Source of the DNA: Octopus bimaculoides
Taxonomy: Eukaryota
Length of the DNA: 64,000 bases
Reading direction: 5' to 3'
Assembly (NCBI RefSeq): GCF_001194135.2
Contig: NC_068989.1
Coordinates: 12,752,202 to 12,816,201, forward strand
The notes under the pieces were generated by a model. That model searched no databases. It was not told where the DNA came from and saw only the letters and a list, made by a program, of their open reading frames with translations. The translations under genes were made by a program, and so were the position numbers. Positions 1-12,803 of the stretch are shown here, piece after piece (position 1 is the stretch's first letter; each line of letters opens with the position of its first letter).

Positions 1-502
1 CACAAACTTTGTTGGTAATCGTTCATTGTGTTGAATTTTCTATTGAATGAACATACCCTGTAGTAATTCGCTTGCGTTTATAATCATCAGTTTCAAACTA
101 GATTCATTCATATTAATAATTTGTATCCTTACTGGAAATGGTGAATTTATAGTGCGTGAAATTAATTAAACATTTAATGTGTACAATACGTTAGAGGTGA
201 AAAATCGATATGGACAATGACTTTGTCGTAAGAGAGAATGATTGAATGTATGTTTAGTATTGACATAGGTTAACCTATTTAATATATCTCTGATATACAT
301 ACAGACAAACCTATGCACACGTCCGAAGCACACAAAGAACACATCAGTATGTATGTTCGTTTCTTTCTTGTTTTAAGTTTAGAGTAAGATTTGATTGGCC
401 ACCTACTTTGAAGGAAGGTTGTGAAGGAAAACACTGTCTTAACCGTCATCATTTAGATCTGAAGAAGGTCTGGCAAAATTCTGTAGTCCTCGATATCCTA
501 TG

Positions 503-832
503 TACGTATGTATGTATGTATGTATGTATGTATGTATGTATGTATGTATGTATGTATGTTCTTTCTCTGTTCCTTTCAGTTGAAGAGCGTAGCTCGAAAC
601 ATCAAAGACTTTCTCTATTCCCGAGCGTTAAACTAATACATCCATTTGTTGTTTACGCCACCTGTCTTCGTCTGTTGTTTTATTCGTAAATTCTTCCATA
701 TGTATGTATGTTTGTATGTATGTATGTATGTATGTATTTATGTATGTATGTATTATGTGTGTGTATGTATGTATGTGTATGTGTATGTATGTATATGTGT
801 GTATGTATGTATGTATGTATGTATGTATGTAT
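503..832. repeat. (TATG)n / (TG)n compound microsatellites flanking a short interspersed repeat
   Basis: Direct: TATG runs at about 503-558 and 700-832. Confidence 0.95.
559..697 (+). mobile_element. Short repeat with degenerate hammerhead-like core (Penelope pseudo-LTR-like)
   Basis: TTGAAGAG-CGTAG-CTC-GAAAC-ATC-AAAGA at 580-608, then CCCGAGCGTTAAACTAATACATCC. Resembles a common octopus repeat from memory; the core has mismatches. Confidence 0.4.
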
Positions 833-981
833 GGAAAGAACACTTTGCAGATCTTTTCCACAATCCTTCTATTGTAAACATGGATATCATAGATAGAATA
901 CCACAAAGAGGGTACTGCATCAAGATGAGGCAATCATCGCATGTATGCATGTATGTATGTATGCATATATGTATGTATATA

Positions 982-1209
982 TTGGGTTGTCCGGAAAGTT
1001 CGTGCCGATTTATAGTACCTTACCTTTCGACTTATTTGCCATGAAACAACCTCAATTCTGGGAAGAGGGTATTTTCAAGTTAAATGAAAGATGGAGACGC
1101 ATTGTGCAACAAAATGGTGCATATTTGGTTGATTAAAAATGTAATGGCAAGTATTTATTGACCTTTTTCTTTCCTTTAAAAATCTACACGAACTTTCCGG
1201 ACAACTCAA
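982..1209 (+). mobile_element. Internally deleted mariner element (MITE-like, 228 bp)
   Basis: Terminal inverted repeats TTGGGTTGTCCGGAAAGTTCGTG and CACGAACTTTCCGGACAACTCAA (1 mismatch in 23), TA on both sides. Internal frame FAMKQPQFWEEGIFKLNERWRRIVQQNGAYLVD* matches a mariner transposase C-terminus. Confidence 0.92.
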
Positions 1210-2984
1210 TATGTATCTAAAATCTGCATTAGTAAGGCAACATGAAATGAAGTATCACACAATGCTCTCACAGTTCGAGGAATCGAACGCACAACTTTAT
1301 GATCATGAGTCAATTACACTAACTACTAACATCTATGCCTTCACATTTATACACATGTGCCAGTGTGTAGGTGTGTGTGTGTGTGTCCATGCGTGTGTCT
1401 GTGTGATTCTATGAGTGTTGAAGTGTATGGAAGAAAAATGATGGAAACGCATTTCTAAGTAAAAGGATATTTTACGCCTCGATACAAGCTGTAATGCAAT
1501 GATTTCAGAGCCAAATTTATTAACTACTGCTACGATAATCTGTCTTCTCTGAGTAGAAATATTCCTTATTTGATGAAAACTAAGATTCACGACTTCATAC
1601 CGTAGTGTCAGATTTTCATAAATAATTAAACTGTTAACATGTTTTCTCAAGACCACACTTTGTTCAAAGAGAGATCTAGTTATACAGCAGACGTGCTTCA
1701 TTTTTAATTGACGCCACGGACAGCCTTGTTCGCTGAACAACTTGTTATCACATACAAAATTCCATTGCTTGATATTTATAGGTCATGCCACCCACTTGTC
1801 ATGAATTTAGAAGATATGCCCAAATACGGCATAACATTATAGATGCCTTCCAAAATAAATCAAACTCCTTCATTTGTGTTCGGAATTCTCAGTCTTATTG
1901 AAAGGTTGTTAGCATGTGTGAATCTACGATGTTAAATTTTGAAAGATTTATTTGACAGAAAGGAAAATATACAATCAACAACTGGTTGAAAGAAATGTAT
2001 GGATCAACAGGTCAACATCCAGAGAATTCCAATTCCTTATAAATAATGAGTATTTCTGGAAGTTATCCAAAAAGGGTAAATATAGAAAATATATTTAAAT
2101 TTCTTCAATCATGTACTAGTAGCTGGTAGTTTCGCAAGCAGGAAACAAATTAATTGCAAGAATTCTTATTAATTTTAGAGAAACAAGAAACCTGTAATTG
2201 AAAGCTAAGATGTTCAAATGAAGGGAGAGACTCTATTAGTGACCATTCAGTTTGCTGGAAATAGACCTGAAATCTGCCATGTAATTACCTTAAAACAGAA
2301 GAAAATGGATAGCATTATTTACTGAATAAACGATAGTCTGATCATGGATGAATAATTTTAATCATAGGTTTGTTTAAATAGAGCTAACGTCGGGTATACA
2401 TAACTAAAAAAAAAACTGTACAAAACTAATTTTCTTGATTTAACTATGTAAGTTATTGTATATTATTTAAAATAATATATATATATTATGTATATTATTT
2501 AAAATAATATCTTCTAATATTTTAGATTATGCATCAAAATGCGGGTTTAAATATTGTATATTGTATATTGCACAAGAGAGTTTAATTTCAATGTTTGCGA
2601 TAATAATTCTAGTTTTATGATACACATTATAAATACAAGTTCTTCAATTAATACCAAGAAACTGAAGGTTGTGAATGAGACAACAAGTAGTGAGAAAGTA
2701 AAAGTATTGTAGGATTATTAGTTACGTTAATCTACATTGCGTGTTCGGAATCTGGGGAAATAGGTTCAAAATAATGCTATGTAAATCGGCAAATCGATAA
2801 TATGAATATCAGAAGAGCATTACGTTCGATGTAAGCGTGGTTCTTTGTCAATTATGTTAACAAATATTTAGGTACGAACCCAAAAATATTATAGAAAAAA
2901 TAAGTAGCAGTTGAACACAGGGTTCTACGTAATCAGCTTACGCTCTCTCGTGAAGTTGCTGTTCTTGGGCCAAAATCTGAAGCG

Positions 2985-3192
2985 AATCTATTAGGCAAGT
3001 AACACGCCGGACAAAGTGTTTAGCAATATTTTGCCCGTCTCTGTGTTCTGAGGTCAAAATTCCACCAAAGTTGACCTTGCCTTTCATCGTTTCGCGGGTG
3101 GATAAGATGAGTACCAGTTGAACACTGAGGTCAATGTTATCGACCTGCCCCCATCCCAACAATTCCTAGCCTTGTTCCACGATTTGAAAACA
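2985..3192 (+). mobile_element. SINE family A (tail variant 2), diverged
   Basis: Matches other copies in the window: GTTCTGAGGTCAAAATTCC, TTGACCTTGCCTTTCATC, AGTACCAGTTG, GCCTTGTTCC..ATTTGAAA. Confidence 0.8.
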
Positions 3193-4047
3193 ATATACAA
3201 GGTACGTATTTATGGTTACAAAATTCTTCAGATCTAGCGTAACTTTTCCAGCCTCTCCTCATTATAGACAAAAATGCCATTTGCAAAGATCCATATTCCA
3301 TTAAAAAAAGTAATAACTAATTTAACGCTACAGTTTCTGTGAATGAGACGTAATTTGACTGTTAAGCAGCCAAATGAAAAGTCTGTAAGCTTTTACTCCT
3401 TCTACTATAAGTACTGCCATTCGCTGAGCAATTTCAATATAACGCCTGGAATGTTGAAATATATACTGGATATCATAATTGTACATATATGTAATGCATG
3501 ACAAAAAATAAAATGATGGCAATGTTTTGAAATCATTTCATTATATATATTGTTCACTAGAGCTGCCCTAAGGTACTTAGACGAGAATAAATTTGATGTT
3601 AAGATTACCATGATGCACAGAAACACATGCACATACATGCACACACACACATACATGCACACACACACACACACACACACATACATACACACACATACAT
3701 ACACACATGTATTCGGTGGTGTGTGTTGTATTATACATTGTATATTTCAATTGACCGGTTTCTATAAATTAGGATCAGAGGCAATCGATTCGGCTATTGT
3801 TCTTGCGCGTTTGCAAATTCCACTCAATCCAAATAAATGTAACCGTCTTTGGTATCTTCTAAAGAATATTTTAATTTACAAGTATAGAAAGAGTTAAATA
3901 AGGCACTTTTGAGCTCTGGTGGAAGCTTTATATATTCTAGAAATATGTGATTAATATTCTGATATTATTATTTTTGACTGCCAGTGAAATTGGCTGTTTA
4001 ATTTAATTTAATTTAATTCGGAATCATGAACTTGAAACATCACTGGT

Positions 4048-4515
4048 GTAGCTCAAGCGTGGGTGTGTGTTAAGAAGTTTCTTTTCCAAAAATATGGTTC
4101 CTGGTTCAGTCCCACTACTTGACATCTTGGGCAAGTGTCTTCTACTATAGTCTCGCGTCGATCAAACCATTTTCAGTGAATTTGGTAAACGGAAATAAAA
4201 AGAAGCCCATCGTATTTATAAACATATATGTGTATGTGTGTGTGTGTGTTTGTGCGTGTGTGCGTCTGTCTGTCTTCGTGTGTGTGTTTCTGTCTGTCTT
4301 CGTGTGTGTGTTTCTGTCTGTTTGTCACCCAATATCGCTTCACAAGCGGTGTTGTGGTGTTTACTTTACTGTAAGTTCGGCAAGACAGACCAGTAGAAAA
4401 AGTATCAGGCTTGAAAAAAACAAAGGTATTGGGATCGATTTGTTCGACAAAAATTCTTCAAGTCAACGCCCCAACATGGCTGCAGCCTAATGGATGAGAC
4501 AAGTAAAAAATAGAA
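4048..4515 (+). mobile_element. CORE-type tRNA-derived SINE family B
   Basis: tRNA-like head (GGTTCAGTCCC B-box-like), CORE-like CTTGGGCAAGTGTCTTCTACTATAG, internal (TG)n. Same family as 37221, 58283 and 63235. Confidence 0.85.
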
Positions 4516-5173
4516 GTATTTCATTTAATGAAATCAACTTTGAAGGTCAATATCCATCTTCCAGCATGCGAATTCATGTGATATATCCATTTTTTTTAAT
4601 CTTTGAAGATATAAAAATTCAGGTGATTTCTCCCTTAACAATCATGATATCATCGTTCTCTCTTTGATACAAACAACACAGAGAGTTTCATGCAATTGAT
4701 TAGAAACATCTTGGTTATTTTCAATTCTAACAACAGGTATAGTTTTCTGTATCCGACTTGGTGTATTCCATTCACTTAAACTTCTACGTTTTGAAAACCA
4801 ATAGTGATTATAATGAGGTGCATCAATGATTGGTTGTACAAATTTAAAATTATAATCTGGATATTTCGTAGGTTATCACTCATTTGGCATTAAGTGTTTT
4901 CTTTCTGACTTTTGACCTGTCCACTACATCTGTGGCTCTACAACCAGAATTTCCCAGAGTTTTTTTCAGTCCCTAAGAAATAAATCATTTATTCGACGTT
5001 TTTATGGGAATATTCCATAGGCATTTCTTGCAATGGAACAAAGGAATTAATAATATCATAAATTTTATATTTCACATATGACACTCAGTGGCACATATGG
5101 CATTTTATATTGATTGAACAACAATATATGAATATATGTGCACTCATATGAAACAGATAGTCAATGTATATTA

Positions 5174-5554
5174 TGGCAATCCGTCGGTTACGAAAACAAC
5201 GGTTCCAGTAGATTCGATCAACGAAACAGCCTGCTCGTGAAATTAACGTGTAAGTGGCTCAGCTCTGCACAGACATGTGTATCCTTAACGTAGTTCTCGG
5301 GGGAGATTCAGCATGACACACAGTGTGACAAGGCTGGCCCTTTGAAATACAGGTACGACAGAAACACGAAGAAAGAGTGAGAGACAGTTGTGGTGCAAGA
5401 GTACAGCAGGGTTCACCACCACTCTCTACCACAGCCTTGTGGAGCTTTAGCTGTTTTCGCTCAATAAACACTCACAACGCCCGGTCTGGGAATCGAAACT
5501 GCGATCCCACGACCGCGAGTCTGCTACCCAAACCACAGGGCCATTGCGCCTCCA
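5174..5554 (-). mobile_element. tRNA-derived SINE family C
   Basis: Minus strand begins GGAGGCGCAATGGCCCTGTGGTTTGG...GGTCGTGGGATCGCAGTTTCGATTCCCAGACCGGGCG; close match to the copy at 31814-32201. Confidence 0.9.
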
Positions 5555-5956
5555 CTAATCAACGTATATAGACATGGGATCTATTGCCTCTCATATATAC
5601 GTGAACCATATAGGCAGCACTGAGATGGCAAACTGTATTCATTTGTTAGATAATGACATACTTCTTAAAACATTATTCATCTGAAATTCCCAGAAAGTTT
5701 GCACTAAATTTCAACAGGTCAGGCAATCGCTGTTTCAGTTACTTTTAATTTTCTTACCGCGTTGTAGGAGACAACAAAAACACCAGTTGTAAATACAAGT
5801 TTAAAAACAAAAAAGGATGAGCCAAGAATCAACCAAGCTATTCGTAAAATGTAGACTGGAATTTCTCTAATTATCTCAATTAATTGTAATAAAGCGCCAT
5901 GTAATGACTTTGAACATTAATGAAATAATTTTGATAATAGTCTATCTGTGTCCTAG

Positions 5957-6084
5957 GAATTTAAAACGGAAATGACGTCGCTACCAAAGTTAAGACAGCA
6001 TGTGAGCTGCGTTCTACAACAGCGGCCCTGTACACAGAAGCCATCTTTGGACCCCATTCTCTACTACGAGCTTAACAAATTCTT
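5957..6084 (+). other. Candidate exon (unidentified): EFKTEMTSLPKLRQHVSCVLQQRPCTQKPSLDPILYYELNKF
   Basis: Acceptor tctatctgtgtcctag|G, possible donor TT|gtacgt, one open frame. No recognised homology. Confidence 0.2.
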
Positions 6085-6575
6085 GTACGTGACATATGAA
6101 TAGAAACAAGGAAAATGCACACTAGGTATAAACAATGGCTTTTTTTGCTATAAGAACAAAGATATATACATATAAATAAATGATTTAAGGTAGAATTAAG
6201 AAGAATACAAATTAATTGTTATGAGTAATTATAGAAAGTCATACCGGCTTCGTGATAGCTGATCACCGGCGTCGTTATAGTTGACGACTGTGCTGGGACA
6301 TAGATCGACTATATTGATATATATATCAGCTGTTTGTATATTGATACTTTGGTTTGATTTTGTATGTATGATCTAAAACCTGAAAGCGTATGAATTAACG
6401 ACATGTTATTCTAAAATATAACGAATATTTTTTTGTTTATAGAGTCCTTGCCATATTTGACTACATTTTGTTTGGTCTATAAACAAAACATGAGTACAGG
6501 TCTGTCCATATGTATGCGCGAAAAGAGTGACAAAGAGATAGTTAGATAGATAGACAAACACACAGACACACAGAC

Positions 6576-6620
<45 letters not shown>

Positions 6621-7321
6621 CTGTGCCTACACGCGTGAGTCTAGGCAATATTTCTGCATGTGTTTCTTAGTATGAGATATACTATACCATAGATTCTAAT
6701 GCTTTCATGAAACTATTCTGTCAGAAATTATTCCCGTAGCACTGTATGTAGCATCATATTTAGTTGATAATTTCTAACATTTTAATGTTGTTGTAGATTT
6801 TAGTATCTCGGTCCCGCTGCATATTTCTTTCTTCTTTTTTGACTGTACGGTTGTTTTAAATCCATAAGTTTTAATGTTTGGCTAATTCATTTTGGCGAAC
6901 TTTTCCATTAAGATTTCCAGATAAAACTTCCCAAAATGAACATTAAAAGTATTTAGTGATGTATATTTTACAGAGTTAACAATCTCCTAATGTAATAAAC
7001 GATATCAAATATCATCGAGATGAAAATTGTTGATAAACAGTTACGTGATACGCTTTCGTAGATTATTTTTGACGTAATGATCAGTTCTGGTTTTTGCTTT
7101 TTGAAAGCGTTTAATATTTTCCGTACTATGGAACGCAAAAAAAAAAAAAAGAAAAAAGAAATTTGGTCCTTATCGTCGATTTGACTTTAGAATGCCAGAG
7201 TCTACTGATATTTTGTTACAAAGATAATAGTCTGATAACACGATCAAATAAATAAATGATTATTATTAAACATAAATTGATTTTGCGATTATATATTTTC
7301 CCTTTGCTTTCTATTTAACAG

Positions 7322-7505
7322 ATTCACAGTGTTCTGTATATTGGGGACTAGCACAAATTCAGGTTTCGGCAAGAGCTACTTTACTAACGCTAAAACATCT
7401 AAATATAATTACCTTCTGTTTACACTCGAGTGTGTTTCTATTTTGACACGCTTTAAGATGGGCTATAAATACCTCGCTATCAATGCCACGAAGATTTCAT
7501 TTAAT
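7322..7505 (+). other. Candidate exon (unidentified): FTVFCILGTSTNSGFGKSYF...KISFN
   Basis: Strong acceptor attttccctttgctttctatttaacag|A, donor AAT|gtaaga, 61 open codons, phase-compatible with 5957-6084. Confidence 0.25.
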
Positions 7506-8689
7506 GTAAGAAGGAATCTAATTTACTTCGACGCTTTATACTCCATAAACAAAGAACTCTCGTAAACAAAGTACTAAATGTGGTGGCATATTTCATTGTC
7601 TTGCTTCAATGAAATTCCCTATAAAAACGTATACTTAAATCATGAAATGTGTGTCATAGATGGAATTAGTTACCAGGCAATATAATGCATAATTTTCCTT
7701 TCTTTCTATCTATCTAAAGAGATTTCCAACTCACAAATGATAATCAACAATAATTCAATTTTATATATACTTCAATACTTAGCTCAGTTTCGGTCAGAGT
7801 TCGCCCAAGTCATGACTAACCTTGTCATGTAAACGTTATGAGGCACTCACAAAATGTTGTCTCGCAAGAGATATTGCCGCCAAGACATGAAAGTTAAAGA
7901 TCACGTTGGACACACTATATTCCTTTATTTTATTTTAATCATTCAGTAAAGACATCTTATCTATTCTTCAAAACAAATAATACTGAGACGTATAGTTTTA
8001 ATTATGGTAATGAAACACGCGAAAAAAGAAATACCAGATTGACTAGACTTGCTATTAATAACGATCAGGCAGAAAGGCATCACACACCATTCAACGCTAT
8101 CACTGAACAAATTTGAATGGAACCAATGAGATAGCATAATTGTACTCGGTCATCGTAATGACATGTTAGCCAAATATCCCTGGAACTGCACTTACTATAT
8201 GAAAATGAGGTCATATTTTGTCGTTCAGTCTAGTATACTCTATTATTGAAGAGATGGTCGTGGTGCAAATGCATTTGACATCAGCCTGCTACAATAGGGT
8301 TTATGTAAAGTTAAAGGCAGGCAACTATTATAAGGTATTGTTCGAAATTTTCCGTATCATTTTTCTTAATATTCTCATTTGACAAATTACAGTATTGTTC
8401 GAAAACTTAACAAAATAAGTTGTCTTTTCCGAAGATTGAGAATTACTTTAATCAACTGATGTGTGGCAATATTACACATTAAAAGCAGGCTGATCCAGAC
8501 ATTGGCTGTGAGGAAGGCATTATTTAAATCCCCGTTAGAACTGGCAAGGATATATCATTCATTCATATCGTTATCCTTTGTGGCAATGATAATGAAAATG
8601 TATTTTTCGAGAAAGTAGGAAAATAAAATCAATATTCTACTCGAAAAAGATTCAACGTTATATACGTTCTGATGTAGGATTATATGCTT

Positions 8690-9555
8690 TCTCATATAGG
8701 ATTCTGGTTTCAATCCCACTAGAATTGAATTGACCATCCATAATGCACGACATTCTGGTAATAATTAAAACAGTTACAGCCTCTCGAAATTGTTTTACAG
8801 CTTTTGTTGTTTCTTCTTTTTCTTCATTATTGCTAGGTACTATGACTTCTTTTTTTCTGTAATTGTCTGCTTCCTTAAAAACTGAAAACAGTTTTTTTGT
8901 ATTGTTCGTGTTTTGTGGCTATTTGTATTAGTCTTTCTTGCATCTGAATTAGGTATTTATGTAGTCCTATTGAGGTTATTTTGTAATAGCTTTCTAGCTG
9001 TATAAGGCCTCTACAAACTTCGGTACGTTGTTTATATAACATTTCTATGTTTGATTTTGTGTGGTGCCTCCTAAATCCTGTTATTATTTTTCTTGTGTTT
9101 CTGGTTATTTTGATTAGTTCATTTAGAGTCCTGTTAAGAATATTGTAGCTGTAACGTATAATTAAGAAGGCTAGAGTGTTTATACCTATTATCTTGTTTT
9201 TCGTATTAAGCTCTGTTTTCATTATTAATCTAACTCGTCTCTAATATTCTCTTCTTATCTTCCCTTTCATCCGCGTGCGTTGTATCGTATCTAGTATTTG
9301 TATGTCTGGCTTTGTTCTAATCCTCTTATTTCATTTGTTTTATCTAGTATGATGTTCCTACTCTTTACGAGTTTTTCTGTGTTCAAGGTTGCTTTGACAC
9401 ACTTTTCTAAGACAAATTTCAAGTCTATTTCTTTGGTAAATCCATGTACTGTCTGTATTTAAGTTTCCAGCTGTTTATCATTTATAGCGAACTGTTCTAG
9501 ATAGATCATCCATATATAAGAGGTGACTGATTGTTTTGCCGAAACATTGAGGTAC
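8690..9555 (-). mobile_element. R4/Dong-clade non-LTR retrotransposon RT fragment (decayed)
   Basis: Minus-strand translation gives ISHLLYMDDL (RT catalytic motif), then KTELNTKNKIIGINTLA...RRHHTKSNIEMLYKQRTEVCRGLIQLE, typical of R4/Dong RT. Stops and frameshifts present. Confidence 0.88.
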
Positions 9556-9561
9556 AAATAT

Positions 9562-9638
9562 ACAAAACCCAGTATACCCATCATGACTACCCCTCGGATA
9601 AGCGTACACCAGGTACATGCATCTCAGCCATATGTGCA
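9562..9638 (-). mobile_element. Fragment of SINE-like family E
   Basis: Reverse complement matches 33800-33875 (GCACATATGG..GATGCATGT..GGGTAGTC..ATGGGTATACTGGG). Confidence 0.75.
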
Positions 9639-9639
9639 T

Positions 9640-9799
9640 TAGCTGCATTTTGTCCGTCTTTACGTTCTGAGTTGAAATTCCGCCGAGGTCGACTTTGCTT
9701 TTAACTTTTCAGTATCGATGAAATAAATACCAGTGAAATACTGGTGTCAATGGAATCGACTAGTACCCTTCCTACAAATTTCAAGCCTTGTGCCTTTAA

Positions 9800-9886
<87 letters not shown>

Positions 9887-10265
9887 TATCATCATCATCA
9901 TTATTAACATGATCATTATTATTATTATTATTATCATTATTATTATTATTATTGACAAGGTGGCAGAATCGGTAGCACGCCGGAGAAAAAGCTCCGTAGT
10001 AATTCTTGACCTATAATAGAAATGATTATATGTATATTTATTTAATTAGTTTTAAGCCGCTGAGCTGGCAGAATCATGAACACATCAATGAAAATGATCA
10101 GCGGCATTTCTTCCGGTTATACGTTCTGAATACAAATGCCGGCTGTCTTGAGTTTGCCCTTCAGATTTTGAGAGTCGAGTAAGTACCACTGAGGTCGATG
10201 TAATCGACTTGCCTACCAACCCGTCTAAAATTACTGACGTTGCACCAAAATTTAAAATGATTATT
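9640..10265 (+). mobile_element. Cluster of SINE family A copies with (ATT)n/(ATC)n microsatellite
   Basis: Copy at 9640-9797, trinucleotide run at 9797-9952, truncated head at 9953-9999, second copy at about 10055-10265. Confidence 0.85.
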
Positions 10266-12573
10266 ATTATTGACGTTGTTGATGCTGTTGTGGTCGTTTT
10301 TCTTATTGTTCAATGATTTTGTTGTTCCTGCTGATACTGGTTTTTCCTTTTATTGCGCTTATTTCGTTCTGAAATTATCAATATTTGATGATTTCTTTAT
10401 TTTGATAATTTTTGTTTTCGAAATCATCATAACATACACGTTTAATGTTCCCCATGAAAATTTGCATCTCTTCAAGCGCATCCCAACTCAAATAAATAAA
10501 ATATAATGAAAAGAATACATTTTTTCGTAAGAAAAAAGAAACTAATAATCGTTCCTTTTATCAAATAAATCATAATATTCATTATTTGCATTTAACTTTT
10601 CCCCCTGACAATTCTCTTATAATTAACTTTGATTTGCGGAACTAATCTCGTCCAAAATTTTCACATATTGGCAACATCAAATACACATAATGAGAAGAAA
10701 ATAAACTTTAAAAAATAATAAATAATTGATAATTAAAATGAAACAGAATAAAAAGAAAATAGGCAAAAATTAAGTTTAAATACACAATAAAAACTACACG
10801 ATATGACGTAATCAAGTGTGTGATATTGTCATATAATCATTTGCTATAAATTTCACACTTAATGAAAATTTGGGAATTTTGAAGACTTGATATAAATTTC
10901 TTTCAATTTCTATTTTCATATTTTTTCTTTAATACTTTATATACATTATATTTATTTATTTATTGGTAAATATGTTACAAAGAAATTCATTAAGATATTT
11001 GTTTAATTGTGAATTTATTGCAAATTTTAATTAGTGTCTAATATTACTTTCTCCATTAATTTTGGAAGTTATGTCAAAGCGGTTTTGGTGAAATATTTCG
11101 TTATTTGTACAGTGATCTAAAAAAGCGATGATTTTCTGTAGTGTGTAACAAGAAAGATAACAAAAAGCTATATATACACATATACACTCATACACATATG
11201 CATTCCCCGCACTTATGCTTGCATACACACCCGGACCCATACACACACGTGTACTTGTACATTCACAGATGTGTTAATTTGCATAAATGACATGAGGTCT
11301 TCACATCCACATTTATTTGTGCATCGATAGGTGACCCATCAATGAAAGTGCAATTATTTTCCTGTATTGAAACTGGATTACACAGATATAAACCTAAACT
11401 TCCAAATGTTTACACGCGATACGTGCAATGATAAATAATTTATATTAAGAGACATGTGACAATAAAAGGTCCAACTAAGTAAATCTGTGTTTTGTTTGGT
11501 CCTCGCTTCAGAATGTTTAATGCTCAATAAGGGATTTAATAATCTAACTATTGTGGGACATTGCAGCTGCCCAGTAGCAATGCAGTATACCTCTAGAAGC
11601 AGTTCGGAATCTCTCAATATATATTCACTGTTATGGCAAAGCTTTGCTCTTACAGAAATCTTAATTCGAAAGTACACATGTGTTTATATGAGTGGAACAT
11701 TATTATGACACATAATTTCATCAACTTTTGTGTGGTCCATCAGAATAGTAATCTCGATAACGTTTGTCATGCGTTTTAACAATTACACATTTGCAGCTGG
11801 TATAAATTATGTAGTGCCATTATTGTGCACCTTACTTTCCTGGACATGTGTGTCGGTACACCAGAATTTTGAAATAAAGTTTAGGAATCTATAGGATAAA
11901 GAATGTTTTGCTCTCTGGTCCAAAACGGCGTCTGTCTGTTTGCAGGGTTTTGCAGACCGGAAGGTTTAAATGAAGTTTGAAATTTTCAACTGGATAGGTA
12001 TATTTTTGCCTCTAATCCAAATCAATATCTTTTCGTTTGAAATCATCAGAATTTGCTGAATAAGGCCTGCGGCTGTCAGTTGATGATGAAGGTACTCGTT
12101 CTGTTTTCACTCAGCCACTTAGGGGTTCATTAGCGGTGTTGCACGTTGAAGAACTAATTCAGTAACAATTCTTCAGCTATCATAACCACTACACGTATAA
12201 GAGCTAGGTTGATGAAATCCGAAAGAAAATATCCGTTGATCTAATTACTATTCATTTTTATCAAAATCAGCTGACTGCTGATCTCTGAAAAGATAAATTT
12301 CTTGCTAGCGTACACTTTAGAGAACTTTCGTTTTAGATCAAAGTTTTAACAGTACAGATAAATCAAGAATATCCTTCACTTTTCTTCGTTTGGGGCCACA
12401 AACAAATAATACTTTAATTTGAGATTCATTGTTACGAGAATCATACACATTTGTACACAAGATATCCATAGTTCCCTTCTGAGCCGTTTTGTATACTACT
12501 CAGCAGAAATAATTAATATAAATTTGAGAACTTGATACCTTCGCATATTCACGGCAAAGCTACAAGTAAGTAG

Positions 12574-12803
12574 GGCAGCGAGCTGGCAGAATCTTTAGCA
12601 CGCCGGGCGAAATGCTTAGCGATATTTCGTCTGCTGTTACGTTCTGGATTCAAATTCCGCCGGGGTCGACTTTGCCTTTCATCCTTTCGGGGTAGATTAA
12701 CTAAGTACCAGCTACGCACTGGGGTCGATGTAATCGACTTAATCCCTTTGTCTGTCCTTGTTTGTCTCCTTTATGTTTAGTCCCCTGTAAGCAATAAAGA
12801 AAT
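12574..12803 (+). mobile_element. SINE family A (tail variant 1), near full length
   Basis: GGCAGCGAGCTGGCAGAATC head, GGATTCAAATTCC B-box-like, GTCGACTTTGCCTTTCATCCTTTCGGGG core, GCAATAAAGAAATA end. Confidence 0.93.

Noticed and set aside
408-1044. Overlapping MYVC/IHTY ORFs, plus all similar poly-I/N/Y/L/H and CV/YI ORFs in the track
   Set aside because: They are translations of microsatellites.
2942-2976. Minus-strand micro-exon candidate (ILAQEQQLHER)
   Set aside because: The acceptor region lies at the antisense edge of a SINE head, and all three frames are open, so it is uninformative.
11511-11670. Both-strand open frames with a + strand acceptor
   Set aside because: Weak donor and no recognisable homology; consistent with chance.
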